From Bacillota bacterium (lineage in GTDB: Bacteria > Bacillota > JAAYKD01): a DNA stretch of 64,000 bases. The position numbers were made by a program, and so were the translations under genes. The notes beneath the pieces were generated by a model that saw only the letters and a program-made list of their open reading frames with translations, did no database searches and had not been told where the DNA came from. Below, piece by piece: positions 18,252-28,622 of this stretch (the first letter of the stretch is position 1; the number at the start of each line of letters is the position of its first letter). The stretch is from the NCBI GenBank assembly GCA_963666425.2, contig OY762825.2, positions 2,592,001 to 2,656,000 of the forward strand. The letters are read 5' to 3'.

Positions 18252-19502
18252 ATGACACGATTGGCATATGGAAAAAATTGGACTGAATATCAGGCAGCAT
18301 CGCAGCAGTTGCTGGGAGAAATTCTGCCGCAGGAGTTGCCTGTGCTGCAGGATCCGACAGCAGAGATCAGATTTGCTTTGCAAAATCCCATCGGGACGCT
18401 GCCTCTGCGGGAAATGGTGCGCGGAAAGCGTCGGATCGCCATCGCCATCAGCGATGGTACCCGCCCTGCGCGCAGCAAACTGTTGCTGCCTGTTTTATTG
18501 GATGAATTAGCCGGCGCCGGCATTGCGATGGATCAAATCAGCGTTCTGGTCGCTTTAGGAATCCACCGTGCCTTAACAGAAATAGAATTAACGGCGTTGG
18601 TGGGCAGTGAGACCTATCAGCGGGTTCGGGTGATCAATCACGATCCGTTGGATACCATCCTGCTGGGAGAAACCAGCCGCGGCACCCCGCTGGCAATCAA
18701 TCGCTGTTTTGCCGAAGCAGATTTTAAAATCTGCACCGGCAATATTGATCTGCATTTTTTTGCCGGTTATGCCGGCGGCGCCAAAGCCATGATGCCCGGA
18801 CTTTCCACCAGAGCGGCGATTGCCAACAATCACCGGATGCAATTGGAAGCAGGTTCTGCCAGCGGTATTTTGGCAGGCAATCCTGTCCGGGAAGACATCG
18901 ATGAAGCCGGTCAGATCGTCGGTATCGATTTCATCTTAAATCTGGTGCAAAATGAAAGCAAAGAAGTGATCGCAGTCTGTGCCGGGGATCCAATCGCCGC
19001 GCATCGAGCCGGCTGCCGGATCATCGATCGCCTTTATAAGGTACCAATTATCAGGAAAGCGGCTCTTGTCATCGCATCCGCCGGCGGTCATCCCAAAGAT
19101 GTGAATTTATATCAAGCGCAGAAAGCATTGGATAATGCAGCGCACGCCGTGCAGTCGGGTGGCACGATCATCTTGTTGGCAGCTTGTCCGGAAGGTTATG
19201 GAGAAGCGGTTTTTGCCGAATGGCTGCGGGAAGCGGATGGACAGCCCCAGCAGGTCTTACAACGCCTGCAGCGTGGCTTTTTGCTGGGAGGACATAAGGC
19301 GGCAGCCATCGCTCGGGTGGCTGTGCAGGCACGCGTGATTCTGATTTCCGAGCTGCCGGATCAGCTGGTGCGGCAGGCTTTTATGGAACCCGCCGAAAAT
19401 CTGCAGCAGGCGCTGCAAATGGCGGCCTGGCAGCAGGCCGAATCGATTTGGCTGATGCCCTACGCCTGCTATACCCTGCCGCAGGAGGCTGCCTCATGTT
19501 AG
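18252..19502 (+). CDS. larA: LarA-family nickel-pincer-dependent 2-hydroxyacid racemase
   Basis: SDGTRP, ALGIHR, HFFAGYAGGAK, NNH, NLYQAQKA; start uncertain (18237 or 18252). Confidence 0.85.
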   Translation: MTRLAYGKNWTEYQAASQQLLGEILPQELPVLQDPTAEIRFALQNPIGTLPLREMVRGKRRIAIAISDGTRPARSKLLLPVLLDELAGAGIAMDQISVLVALGIHRALTEIELTALVGSETYQRVRVINHDPLDTILLGETSRGTPLAINRCFAEADFKICTGNIDLHFFAGYAGGAKAMMPGLSTRAAIANNHRMQLEAGSASGILAGNPVREDIDEAGQIVGIDFILNLVQNESKEVIAVCAGDPIAAHRAGCRIIDRLYKVPIIRKAALVIASAGGHPKDVNLYQAQKALDNAAHAVQSGGTIILLAACPEGYGEAVFAEWLREADGQPQQVLQRLQRGFLLGGHKAAAIARVAVQARVILISELPDQLVRQAFMEPAENLQQALQMAAWQQAESIWLMPYACYTLPQEAASC

Positions 19503-21724
19503 CATTGCACGATCTCTTTGCCCGGGACGGCTTGCTAGCAGAGCGCTTTCCCGGTCATGAGCATCGGGAAGGTCAATTGGCGATGGCGGAAGGGATTTAT
19601 CAGGCGCTGAACAGTGGACAGCCGTTGGCTGTGCAGGCCGGTACCGGTTTGGGTAAAACGTTTGCCTATCTGATACCGGCGCTGCTCTATGCCAAAGCAG
19701 AAGGCAAGCGGGTTGTGATTTCCACCGGTACTTTGCAATTGCAGTCGCAAATCGTGCAAAAAGATATTCCAGCCTTGGAAAAAATCCTGGCAGGAGAATT
19801 GGAATTCCATACTGCTTTGGTAAAAGGGCGCAATAATTATATCTGCATGCGGAAACTGACTGCCTTTGCTCAAGCCAATCAGCAAATCGAGCTTTACCGG
19901 GAAGCAGCCGACGCCAAACAATGGCCGCGGATCCTGGATTTATATTATGCCAATGGCTTTCGGGTTGGCGATAAAGAAGAAATCCCCTTTCGGGTGAATG
20001 ATAGCCTCTGGGCGGATATCGGTTCGGAATCGGATCTCTGTCTGCGGGGGCGCTGTCCGTTTTACAGCGATTGTTATTTTTATCAGGCACGTCAGAAACA
20101 AAAAGAAGCGGATCTTTTGATTACCAATCACGCTTTATTTTTTGCTGACTTGGCTGTGCAGCGAGAAAACGAATACAGCGAAGAGGTTGAAGGCGTTTTA
20201 GCGCATTATGACGCTGTTATCCTGGATGAAGCGCAAAATGTAGAAGATTATGCGACGGATCATTTCTCCAGCGAATTTACTTACGGTAAATGCCTCTATC
20301 TGTCGATTGCCGTACGCAACGCTTTACGGCCGGGCGGCGTCTTGAAGTGGCCGGATGAAAGCGATTTTTTACGTCTGGAAGGCTTAATGGAAACGATTTT
20401 ACGTCGTTCCAGCGACTTTCTGTTTCAATTGGCCGCGCAATGGCCGGACAAAACCACGCGCTTGCGAAAAAGCGGTGAGATTGTCGATACATTGTCCCTG
20501 GATTTCGTCCAACTGCAAGCGGAGCTGAAAGCGCTGACAGAAATCTCACAAAATGAAGAGCAGAAGATGACCTTCCGTGGGCTCGGTATGCGGACTGCTC
20601 AGATCCTCACAGCCCTGGAACAACTCTGCGGCATGTCTGATCTGGAACAATATGCTTATTGGTTTGAGAATCCGGACAATCGTGAATTGCGCAAAATGCG
20701 GCTCGCTTGTGCGCCGGTCTCTGTCGCGGAATTTATGCAGGAAGGCCTCTTTTCCAGGATGCCGGTAGTGCTCACTTCGGCAACTTTAGCCAGCGAATTA
20801 ATCTCCCGCTTAGGACTGGATCAGCCTACCTGGCTGCGTCTGGATTCTCCCTTTGATTATAAAAACCAGGCTCGCCTCTATCTGCCACTGGACGGCCCGG
20901 AGCCGACCAATTATAATCAGACAGAATTTCACGCCTTTGTGGCGCAGCGCGTGCTGGAATTGGTTCGCATCAGCAAGGGCCGTGCCTTTGTTTTATTTAC
21001 ATCCTATCGCTCTTTGGCAGAGGTTTACGAACTTTGTCATGCCAAGCTGGAAGAATGGGGTTATCCGGTGCTGCGTCAGGGAGAAAAACGGCGCGATGAG
21101 ATTCTGCGTAATTTTTCAGCAGACGGCCATGCGGTGCTCTTTGCTGTCACCAGTTTTTGGGAAGGGGTCGATGTCCAGGGAGAGGCGCTCAGCCTGGTGA
21201 TCTTGGTGAAGCTTCCCTTTGCCGTGCCAACAGAACCAATCCAGCAGGCGCGCATGGAAGCCCTGCAGCGAGCCGGCAAAGAACCGTTTTACAGTTACAC
21301 CCTGCCGCAAGCCTCTTTACGCTTGAAGCAAGGGTTTGGACGTTTGATTCGTTCCAAAAAGGACTGTGGTGTGATTGCTGTTTTGGATAAACGCATGCGC
21401 AGTAAAACCTACGGACGCCGCTTCATCCGTGATCTGCCGCCGGCGCCGGTGATTGATCAATTGACGGAAGTAGCCGCTTTTTTTCACGCGATCGAGACGG
21501 GTTTGCCTCCGACGGCGCTCCCGAGCGAAAACGGTATGGAAGCCACAGAAGAAAAGGGATACGTGACAGCAGAAGCGGCTAATCGGATGGAAGCGAAGAG
21601 GAAAGCCCGATCCGGTAAAAATGCTGCTGCCGCAGCAAAGAAACCGACATCGGAAGAGGCAAAAGAATCTGCCCATCGTGTCGTTTCCAGCTTCGATATT
21701 GACGAGGAGCAGCCGCCCTGGTAA
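19496..21724 (+). CDS. dinG: DinG/YoaA-family Fe-S ATP-dependent DNA helicase
   Basis: AGTGLGKT, KGRNNYIC, C.RGRCPFYSDC, DEAQ, SFWEGVDV, QGFGRLIRS; SD AGGAGG, overlaps larA stop. Confidence 0.9.
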   Translation: MLALHDLFARDGLLAERFPGHEHREGQLAMAEGIYQALNSGQPLAVQAGTGLGKTFAYLIPALLYAKAEGKRVVISTGTLQLQSQIVQKDIPALEKILAGELEFHTALVKGRNNYICMRKLTAFAQANQQIELYREAADAKQWPRILDLYYANGFRVGDKEEIPFRVNDSLWADIGSESDLCLRGRCPFYSDCYFYQARQKQKEADLLITNHALFFADLAVQRENEYSEEVEGVLAHYDAVILDEAQNVEDYATDHFSSEFTYGKCLYLSIAVRNALRPGGVLKWPDESDFLRLEGLMETILRRSSDFLFQLAAQWPDKTTRLRKSGEIVDTLSLDFVQLQAELKALTEISQNEEQKMTFRGLGMRTAQILTALEQLCGMSDLEQYAYWFENPDNRELRKMRLACAPVSVAEFMQEGLFSRMPVVLTSATLASELISRLGLDQPTWLRLDSPFDYKNQARLYLPLDGPEPTNYNQTEFHAFVAQRVLELVRISKGRAFVLFTSYRSLAEVYELCHAKLEEWGYPVLRQGEKRRDEILRNFSADGHAVLFAVTSFWEGVDVQGEALSLVILVKLPFAVPTEPIQQARMEALQRAGKEPFYSYTLPQASLRLKQGFGRLIRSKKDCGVIAVLDKRMRSKTYGRRFIRDLPPAPVIDQLTEVAAFFHAIETGLPPTALPSENGMEATEEKGYVTAEAANRMEAKRKARSGKNAAAAAKKPTSEEAKESAHRVVSSFDIDEEQPPW

Positions 21725-21898
21725 GTCAGTTGGCAGTCGAACAACAGGTAAAGCTGAGGAAGGCGACCGTGTTTCGCCAAACAATTGCTACTGACAGTAG
21801 AGAAAAAAACCCGTGAAAAAATGAAATCACTCTTCTTTGGTCACTTTCCCTTTTCGCTTGAAAGTGTTATAATCAGAAGAAAGAGAAATAGGAGGCTA

Positions 21899-23092
21899 AT
21901 GGATATGAAAGAGAGAGAACTGGGATTTTCCACACAGGCGATTCATGGCAAGCACATGCACGATCAATACGGTGCGTTGAACATGCCGATTTATCAAACC
22001 TCTACCTTTGTTTTTGATGATGCGGATCAGGGCGGACGCCGTTTTTCCCTCGAAGAAGATGGCTTTATTTATACGCGTTTGGGCAATCCAACCGTCCGTC
22101 AATTGGAAGAACGTTTGGCGGTTCTGGAAAAAGCAGAAGCCTGCGTTGCCTTCAGCAGCGGCATGGGAGCGATCGCTTCCGTGATTTGGTCATCAGTCAA
22201 GGCCGGCGACCATATCGTAGCGGATAAAACGCTGTATGGCTGCACCTTTGCCCTCTTAAATCATGGTGTTTCCAGTATGAATGTGGAAGTCACTTTTGTG
22301 GATGCGGTGAATTTAGCAGAAGTGCAAAACGCCATGCGTCCAAATACCAAACTGGTCTATATCGAAAGTCCCTGCAATCCCACTTTAAAACTGGTGGATA
22401 TTGCTGAAGTAGCTAAAATAGCGCATACGGTGCCCGACTGTAAGGTTCTGGTTGACAATACTTTTGCTACGCCCTATATCACCCAACCGCTGACCATCGG
22501 TGCGGATGTGGTCGTGCATTCCGGCACCAAGTACTTGAATGGTCATGGCGATGTCATTTGCGGTTTTGCCATGGGCAGCAAAGAATTTATGACGCGGGTG
22601 CGTTTCTTTGGCTTGAAGGATATGACAGGCGCTGTGATGTCGCCATTTGATGCTTTCCTCGTCCTGCGCGGCTTAAAAACGCTGGCTGTCCGCATGGATG
22701 TCCATTGCGCCAATGCGGTTAAGGTTGCGGATTTTCTGGCGCATCATGAGAAAATAGCAGTCATCTATTATCCCGGCCTGCAGAATTTTAAGCAAAAGGC
22801 ACTGGCCGACAAACAAATGCGGTTACCCGGTGCCATGATTGCTTTTGAAGTCAGAGGCGGTCTTGCGCAAGGCAAACAATTGGTCAATGCCTTAAAAATC
22901 TGTCGTTTGGCAGTCAGCCTGGGTGATGCAGAAACGTTGATTTCGCACCCGGCCAGTATGACGCATTCTCCCTATACGCCGGAAGAACGTGCCGTCGCCG
23001 GTATTTCTGAGAGCTTAATCCGCATCTCGGTTGGTTTGGAGAATGTGGAAGACATCATTGCCGACTTGGAGCAGGCGCTGGCTTTGATTTAA
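21899..23092 (+). CDS. megL: Methionine gamma-lyase (PLP)
   Basis: YTRLGNPT, TLYGCT, HSGTKYLNGHGDV, GLKDMTGA, AVSLGDAETL, HPASMTHS. Confidence 0.9.
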   Translation: MDMKERELGFSTQAIHGKHMHDQYGALNMPIYQTSTFVFDDADQGGRRFSLEEDGFIYTRLGNPTVRQLEERLAVLEKAEACVAFSSGMGAIASVIWSSVKAGDHIVADKTLYGCTFALLNHGVSSMNVEVTFVDAVNLAEVQNAMRPNTKLVYIESPCNPTLKLVDIAEVAKIAHTVPDCKVLVDNTFATPYITQPLTIGADVVVHSGTKYLNGHGDVICGFAMGSKEFMTRVRFFGLKDMTGAVMSPFDAFLVLRGLKTLAVRMDVHCANAVKVADFLAHHEKIAVIYYPGLQNFKQKALADKQMRLPGAMIAFEVRGGLAQGKQLVNALKICRLAVSLGDAETLISHPASMTHSPYTPEERAVAGISESLIRISVGLENVEDIIADLEQALALI

Positions 23093-23174
23093 TCTTGGTT
23101 TTTAGAAAACGGCTTTTTGGTGACCCCCTAAAAAAGCGCTTGCTTTTTCAGGGGGTTTCTGCTAAACTACAACT

Positions 23175-23437
23175 TGCATCGCGCTAGACGGGGAATTTGC
23201 GGCACCCTATTACCGGAACGCTTGGCCGGGTCGAATGCCTGCTGCAAGGAAGACGCCGATCGGATTCGGTTTTGCTCAAGGTGTTGACCTCGGGCCTCGC
23301 ACGACGTTGCGCTGTGAACCTCGCCAGGACCGGAAGGTAGCAACGATAAGCGGTTTGCGCGGGTGATGCGAGTCGTCTGAGTGAGTTTTGAGCTAAAACG
23401 CGGCTGAAAGCGTTTTTCAAGGGCAGGGCGCGGTGCA
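23175..23437 (+). ncRNA. ffs: Signal recognition particle RNA, large Bacillota type
   Basis: Terminal helix TGCATCGCGC/GCGCGGTGCA; Alu-like 5' part; domain IV GCCAGGACCGGAAGGTAGCA; upstream TTGCTT-N17-TAAACT. Confidence 0.93.
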
Positions 23438-23455
23438 TTGCTTTTCAAAAAATGA

Positions 23456-23492
23456 AATGGTTTACGATTGGTTTTCGTAGACCATTTTTTTT
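23456..23492 (+). terminator. Terminator of SRP RNA
   Basis: AAATGGTTTACGA...TCGTAGACCATTT followed by T run. Confidence 0.75.
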
Positions 23493-23591
23493 GTTTTATT
23501 GTTGCAATTCGCAGAAAAATGCAGTATGCTTGTCTGGTTAGTAGTGTTTTCTTTGGCATGACAGCCAATAGGAAAAGGAGGTATCATCCGG

Positions 23592-24944
23592 ATGAGACGA
23601 AGCAATGCAGAAATCTTAAGCAACTTTCAGGGTATGGTCCAATGTAAAACGGTTTCCGGGGCGGAATTGGCTAAGATTGATTTTAATGAATTTTACAAGC
23701 TGCATCGTTACCTAGAACAGACCTATCCGTTGATCCATCAAAAATTGAGCCGCGAAGTGATTGGCAAAGCCAGTTTGCTCTATCATTGGCAGGGCAGTGG
23801 CAGCAGCTCCGCTTTACCGATTGCCCTGATGGCTCATCTGGATGTCGTGCCGGTGGGGGATTTGAGTAAATGGCGGCATGATCCTTTTTCCGGCGACCTT
23901 GTCGATGGTATGATTTGGGGCAGGGGAACCGGCGATACCAAATGTCAGATCGTCGCCCAGATGGAGGCAGTGGAAGAATTGCTGCGTCAGGGCTATCAGC
24001 CGTCCTATGATATCTATCTGTGTTACGGTCACAATGAGGAAATCGTTGCGGCTGGCGACAGTTCCGGCGCTCAGCAAATCGTGGATCTATTGAAAGCACG
24101 CGGTATCCGCCTGGGATGTGTGATTGATGAAGGCGGCACCTTAGTGGATGGAAAAATACTGGGTGTAACCTCCCGCCTTGCGGTGATCGGGGTTGCCGAA
24201 AAAGGTAGTGTCAATGTCGAACTTTCCGTCAGTGATATCGGTGGTCATTCCAGTATCCCCAAAGCCTCGACTGCTCTGGGTAAAGTCGCTCGCGCGGCTG
24301 TCGCTGTGGAGGAACATCCGATGCCGGCACGCCTGTTGCCGTTGGTGGAAGAAACATTGCAGACGATCGCACCGGAAATGGGAAAGCTGGCTCCAATTCT
24401 GAATCAGGCGGCAGCCAATTGGCCGCTGCTGCAGCAATATCTGCAGCAAAGCCCCACGACCAATGCCATGATCCGCAGCACCATGGCAGTCACCATGGCG
24501 CAGGGCAGCGCACAGGCAAACATTCTGCCGGAGCGTGCGGTCATGATCGTCAATTGCCGTCTGTTGCCCGGTGACACGATGGATTCGCTCGTGCAATACC
24601 TGAAATCGATCGTCGATCCCGAGGTGGCAGTCAAAGTGCTGAGCGGCAAGAATCCTTCACCGATTTCACCGACCGATACCGCCCCTTTGCATCTGATTCG
24701 CCGCTTAATCAGCGAACAGTTTCCCAATACGCTGATCACTCCGTATCTCGTGATGGGTGGTACCGATTCCGGTAAATATTACCCGATTTGTGATAATGTC
24801 TATCGCTTCGCCCCCTTCTATTTTGATGCGGAAACGATGCCGACCATGCATTCTGTCAATGAGCACATGCCAAGCGGTGGTTTTGAGCAAGCCGTCTGTT
24901 TTTATCGGGAATTCATCGAACAATACCCCGAGCAAAACAAATAG
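23592..24944 (+). CDS. M20-family metallopeptidase (carboxypeptidase S/PM20D1-like)
   Basis: AHLDVVP, GRGTGDTK, GHNEE, DEGG, GGHSS, GGTDS, MHSVNE. Confidence 0.88.
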   Translation: MRRSNAEILSNFQGMVQCKTVSGAELAKIDFNEFYKLHRYLEQTYPLIHQKLSREVIGKASLLYHWQGSGSSSALPIALMAHLDVVPVGDLSKWRHDPFSGDLVDGMIWGRGTGDTKCQIVAQMEAVEELLRQGYQPSYDIYLCYGHNEEIVAAGDSSGAQQIVDLLKARGIRLGCVIDEGGTLVDGKILGVTSRLAVIGVAEKGSVNVELSVSDIGGHSSIPKASTALGKVARAAVAVEEHPMPARLLPLVEETLQTIAPEMGKLAPILNQAAANWPLLQQYLQQSPTTNAMIRSTMAVTMAQGSAQANILPERAVMIVNCRLLPGDTMDSLVQYLKSIVDPEVAVKVLSGKNPSPISPTDTAPLHLIRRLISEQFPNTLITPYLVMGGTDSGKYYPICDNVYRFAPFYFDAETMPTMHSVNEHMPSGGFEQAVCFYREFIEQYPEQNK

Positions 24945-25189
24945 CACCGCCCTTGCTGTCTCGGGATTGGCAGCGAATTCTTTAGTCGCAAGCTTGGACA
25001 GGAACCTGACAGCACAGTCTTGGCTGGAAGCCGAGCGCTGTCAGGAACTGCCTGAGCTTTTTTCTTACGAACTTGCTTTTTGGTTTCCCTCCCATGCAAG
25101 CAACCGATTTGCCGAATCACCCTTTCGTTTTGCACTCGATTATGTTATAATAAAAATACAATATCCAGCGTGAAAAAGGAGAGGATCGA

Positions 25190-26965
25190 ATGGCTTATTT
25201 AGCACTTTATCGACAATATCGACCAAAAGTCTTGGCGGAAGTCGTAGAACAGGAACATATTGTCAGAACCCTCTCCAATGCGATTAAGCAGGGAAGGTTA
25301 GCGCATGCGTATCTGTTTACCGGGCCGCGCGGGACCGGCAAAACCACAATCGCACGTGTCTTAGCGCGCTCACTGAATTGCGAAAAGGGCCCCACCCTGT
25401 CTCCCTGCGGTGTCTGCGCCTCCTGCCGGTCCATCGATGCAGGGACTTCGTTGGATGTGCGTGAAATCGATGCTGCTTCTAACCGCGGCATCAATGACAT
25501 CCGCGAAATCAGGCAGGCTTTGCAATATGTCGCCGAATCGCGGTATAAGATTTATATTATTGATGAAGTTCACATGCTGACCCCAGAGGCGTTTAATGCC
25601 TTACTAAAGACACTGGAAGAGCCGCCGGCGAATATTATCTTTATCTTGGCAACCACAGAAGTGCATAAAGTACCCTTGACCATTCTTTCGCGCTGTCAAC
25701 GCTATGATTTTAGACGGATCAGTCCGCAGGGGATGATCATGCAGATGCGGATGATCGCTGAGGAAGGACATTTTACGATCAGTGAGGATGCCCTCCAGGT
25801 GCTGGCGGTCCGAGCGCAGGGTGGCATGCGGGATGCGCTGTCGCTCTTGGATCAATGTCTTTCTTATGCAGGTGATGCGATTACTCTAAATGATTTACTG
25901 GCAGTCTTGGGATCGGTCGATCAGCAGACTTTGCAGCAGGCAATTCAGGCAATGCTGACGGGAGCGATTCCGGAGCTTTTGGCTTTACTGGACCGCATTG
26001 AAAGTGAAGGCAAGGATCTAATTCAGTTCCTGCGGGATCTGCTGCAGCAACTGCGCGATTGGCTGACGGAAAAATCTCCCTTCGCCGATCTCCAGCCCAA
26101 GCAATTGGTCACACTGATGAATATTCTGGCCACAGCCGATTGGGAAATGAAACAAGCAGCGCAGCCACGCTTAATTCTGGAATTGGCCATGTTTAAGGCG
26201 GGGGAAGCCTATCGCTATGGGGATCGTCTGAAAAAAATGGAAGCGCGGATCGAACAGCTGGAACAGCAAAATATAAAAAGCGGGACTGCAGTCCAGACAG
26301 GTCAAGCAGAGAATCAGCAGGCTGTGGCGCCAAGACCGGCACCGTCAGTAGAAGGAAAGCTGAAAAATGCTCCTGCAGCAAGCCTGAGTCCGACGCAGCA
26401 GCAGCAAAGGCAGGTCGACCGGGAGGTACAAGAAGCAACCCCACCCGCGGCTGCAGCGGAACAGGTGGATTTGTCCGGTGCTGAAACCGGCGCGGCAGTA
26501 CAAGAAAAGCCGCAGCAAGCCGAAATACCCGCCTCGGATGACATGCTGTCTCGTTTCAGAGCCAAATGGCCGGACATTTTGCAGCAAGTGCTGCGGGAGA
26601 AAATATCCGCCCATGCAGTCCTGAAACAGGGAGAACTTTATGAAGCGAATGAAAATTCCTTGGTCGTGGTTTTTCAGGCAGAGTTTCATAAGAAAGTCAT
26701 GGAGAAGGCCGATAATCGAGCCGTGATTGAAAAGGCGATTGCAGCCGCGATAGGAATGTCTCTCAGATTTAATGCGAAAACGAAAAAGGAAACTTTAGGC
26801 GACTTGCCGAAAAAAGAAGCAAGCAATCCGGCGATGCTGCTGCGGGAAACAAGTTTACCGCAGGAAGAAGATTGGTTTCTGCAATCCGCTTATGCACTGG
26901 CCGGTCAAAACAAAGTCGATGTAATCAAACAGGAAAAGAAAAACATAAATGAAGGGAAGGCTTGA
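25190..26965 (+). CDS. dnaX: DNA polymerase III subunit gamma/tau
   Basis: LYRQYRP, GPRGTGKTT, EIDAASN, IDEVHML, SRCQ. Confidence 0.97.
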   Translation: MAYLALYRQYRPKVLAEVVEQEHIVRTLSNAIKQGRLAHAYLFTGPRGTGKTTIARVLARSLNCEKGPTLSPCGVCASCRSIDAGTSLDVREIDAASNRGINDIREIRQALQYVAESRYKIYIIDEVHMLTPEAFNALLKTLEEPPANIIFILATTEVHKVPLTILSRCQRYDFRRISPQGMIMQMRMIAEEGHFTISEDALQVLAVRAQGGMRDALSLLDQCLSYAGDAITLNDLLAVLGSVDQQTLQQAIQAMLTGAIPELLALLDRIESEGKDLIQFLRDLLQQLRDWLTEKSPFADLQPKQLVTLMNILATADWEMKQAAQPRLILELAMFKAGEAYRYGDRLKKMEARIEQLEQQNIKSGTAVQTGQAENQQAVAPRPAPSVEGKLKNAPAASLSPTQQQQRQVDREVQEATPPAAAAEQVDLSGAETGAAVQEKPQQAEIPASDDMLSRFRAKWPDILQQVLREKISAHAVLKQGELYEANENSLVVVFQAEFHKKVMEKADNRAVIEKAIAAAIGMSLRFNAKTKKETLGDLPKKEASNPAMLLRETSLPQEEDWFLQSAYALAGQNKVDVIKQEKKNINEGKA

Positions 26966-26970
26966 TCACG

Positions 26971-27336
26971 ATGCGTGGAGGAAAAAATAGTGGATTTGGC
27001 GGCGGAAGTGCCGGAAATATGCAGCAGCTGTTGAAACAGGCACAAAAACTGCAGGCTCAGATGCAGGAAGACATGGCGAAATTACAGGAAGAGATGAAAG
27101 TGAAAACGGTGGAAGCATCGGTCGGCGGCGGTGTAGTCAGTGTCGTATTTAGTGGTGACAGAATTCTGCAGTCCATTCTTGTCAAACCGGAAGCAATGGA
27201 TCCGAGTGATCCGGAAATGCTGCAGGACCTGCTGATGGCGGCAATCAATGAAGGGCTGCGGAAAGCCAAAGAATTATACGATGGCGAAATGGAAAAAATC
27301 AACGGCAACCTCAAAATGCCGGGCGGTATGTTTTAA
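26971..27336 (+). CDS. ybaB: YbaB/EbfC nucleoid-associated protein
   Basis: MQQLLKQAQKLQ, GGGVV, DPEMLQDLLMAAIN; between dnaX and recR. Confidence 0.93.
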   Translation: MRGGKNSGFGGGSAGNMQQLLKQAQKLQAQMQEDMAKLQEEMKVKTVEASVGGGVVSVVFSGDRILQSILVKPEAMDPSDPEMLQDLLMAAINEGLRKAKELYDGEMEKINGNLKMPGGMF

Positions 27337-27378
27337 CCAAAACGGCGTGAGAGAAAGCTGCATTGAAAGAGGTGTCCC

Positions 27379-27978
27379 ATGTATTCCTTTGGTGATCCAA
27401 TGACGAAATTAGTTTCTCAATTGAGCCGCTTACCGGGCATCGGTCCCAAGACCGCTCAGCGCTTGGCGATGTACATCATTCAAATGGAAGAAAGCAAAGT
27501 GCGTGAGATGGCACAATCCATGTTGGATGCCAAAGAAAAGATGCATTATTGTTCCATTTGCTGCAATTTATCGGATCGCAATCCCTGCATGATCTGCAGC
27601 GACGACAAACGGGATCAATCGATGATCTGTGTCGTTTCAGATCCGCGCGATGTGATGGCGATGGAGAAAACCAGAGAATACAAGGGCTTGTATCACGTGC
27701 TGCACGGGGCAATCCAACCCAGTGAAGGAATCGGTCCGGAGAAATTAAAGATCCGGGAATTGCAGCTGCGCCTCTTGGACGGGACCGTTAAAGAATTGAT
27801 TCTGGCTATGAATCCGAATATTGAAGGAGAAACCACAGCGCTTTATTTATCCCGTTTGGTAAAGCCCGCCGGGTTGAAAGTGACACGAATTGCCCGTGGT
27901 TTGCCGGTTGGCGGAGATTTAGAATATGCCGATGAAATTACACTGCTGAAAGCTTTGGAAGGCAGAAGAGAAATCTAG
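27379..27978 (+). CDS. recR: Recombination protein RecR
   Basis: [14 protein letters not shown]4 zinc finger, [15 protein letters not shown]. Confidence 0.97.
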   Translation: MYSFGDPMTKLVSQLSRLPGIGPKTAQRLAMYIIQMEESKVREMAQSMLDAKEKMHYCSICCNLSDRNPCMICSDDKRDQSMICVVSDPRDVMAMEKTREYKGLYHVLHGAIQPSEGIGPEKLKIRELQLRLLDGTVKELILAMNPNIEGETTALYLSRLVKPAGLKVTRIARGLPVGGDLEYADEITLLKALEGRREI

Positions 27979-28106
27979 CTGAAAAGTATAAGAAAAGGTC
28001 TGCAAGAAAAAGCAGCGATGGCTTTGGCTTACCATTACTGCGAATAGGATCGCAGCCGATCACTACAATCAGCCACAATTGGGTGACAACAGAGAGGATG
28101 AGACAG

Positions 28107-28622
28107 ATGGAAAGACAAACAGAGAAAGACCTCTATGTTTTGGGACATTTACAACCCACACAGGTGGCGCAAGCCGGACGTCTGATCGCTGCAAATCCGG
28201 TCTTCCGTCCCTATCAGTACACGGCAGAGAAAATAGCAGCTGCGCTGTCTGAGGCACTGCAAACGGAGGATATCATTCTCACTGCCATGGATCATGATCA
28301 ATTGCGGGGTCTGGTTTGGCTGCAGCTCAGGAATGTGTTTGGCTTGAGTGCCTATATTAAGCTGATTGCCGTGGATTATCAATACCACGAACATGGCATC
28401 GGACGGTTGCTGATGACTGCCGCTGAATTGTTGGCACAGGAAAGCGGTCCGAATCTCTTCTTGCTGACTTCTGTCGATAACCTGACGGCACAGCAGTTCT
28501 ATTTGCGCCTCGGTTATGAAGCGATCGGGGTCATTAAGGATTTTGTTTATGATGGGGTTGACGAATTACTGATGCGAAAAACATGGGGCAGCATTAAAGG
28601 AAAAAGTATTGACCTTTCCTGA
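28107..28622 (+). CDS. GNAT-family N-acetyltransferase
   Basis: IAVDYQYHEHGIGRLL motif A; NLTAQQFYLRLGY motif B. Confidence 0.85.
   Translation: MERQTEKDLYVLGHLQPTQVAQAGRLIAANPVFRPYQYTAEKIAAALSEALQTEDIILTAMDHDQLRGLVWLQLRNVFGLSAYIKLIAVDYQYHEHGIGRLLMTAAELLAQESGPNLFLLTSVDNLTAQQFYLRLGYEAIGVIKDFVYDGVDELLMRKTWGSIKGKSIDLS

Noticed and set aside
23167-23568. Minus-strand ORFs over 23167-23568, and ORFs at 61695-62006, 62754-63239, 63577-63759
   Set aside because: They overlap SRP RNA, tRNAs and RNase P RNA; spurious.
26228-26240. A7 run in dnaX just after domain III as a gamma-producing frameshift site
   Set aside because: In-frame CTG AAA AAA ATG is not an X XXY YYZ heptamer and is shorter than the A9 slippage run of Thermus; no stimulator evident.
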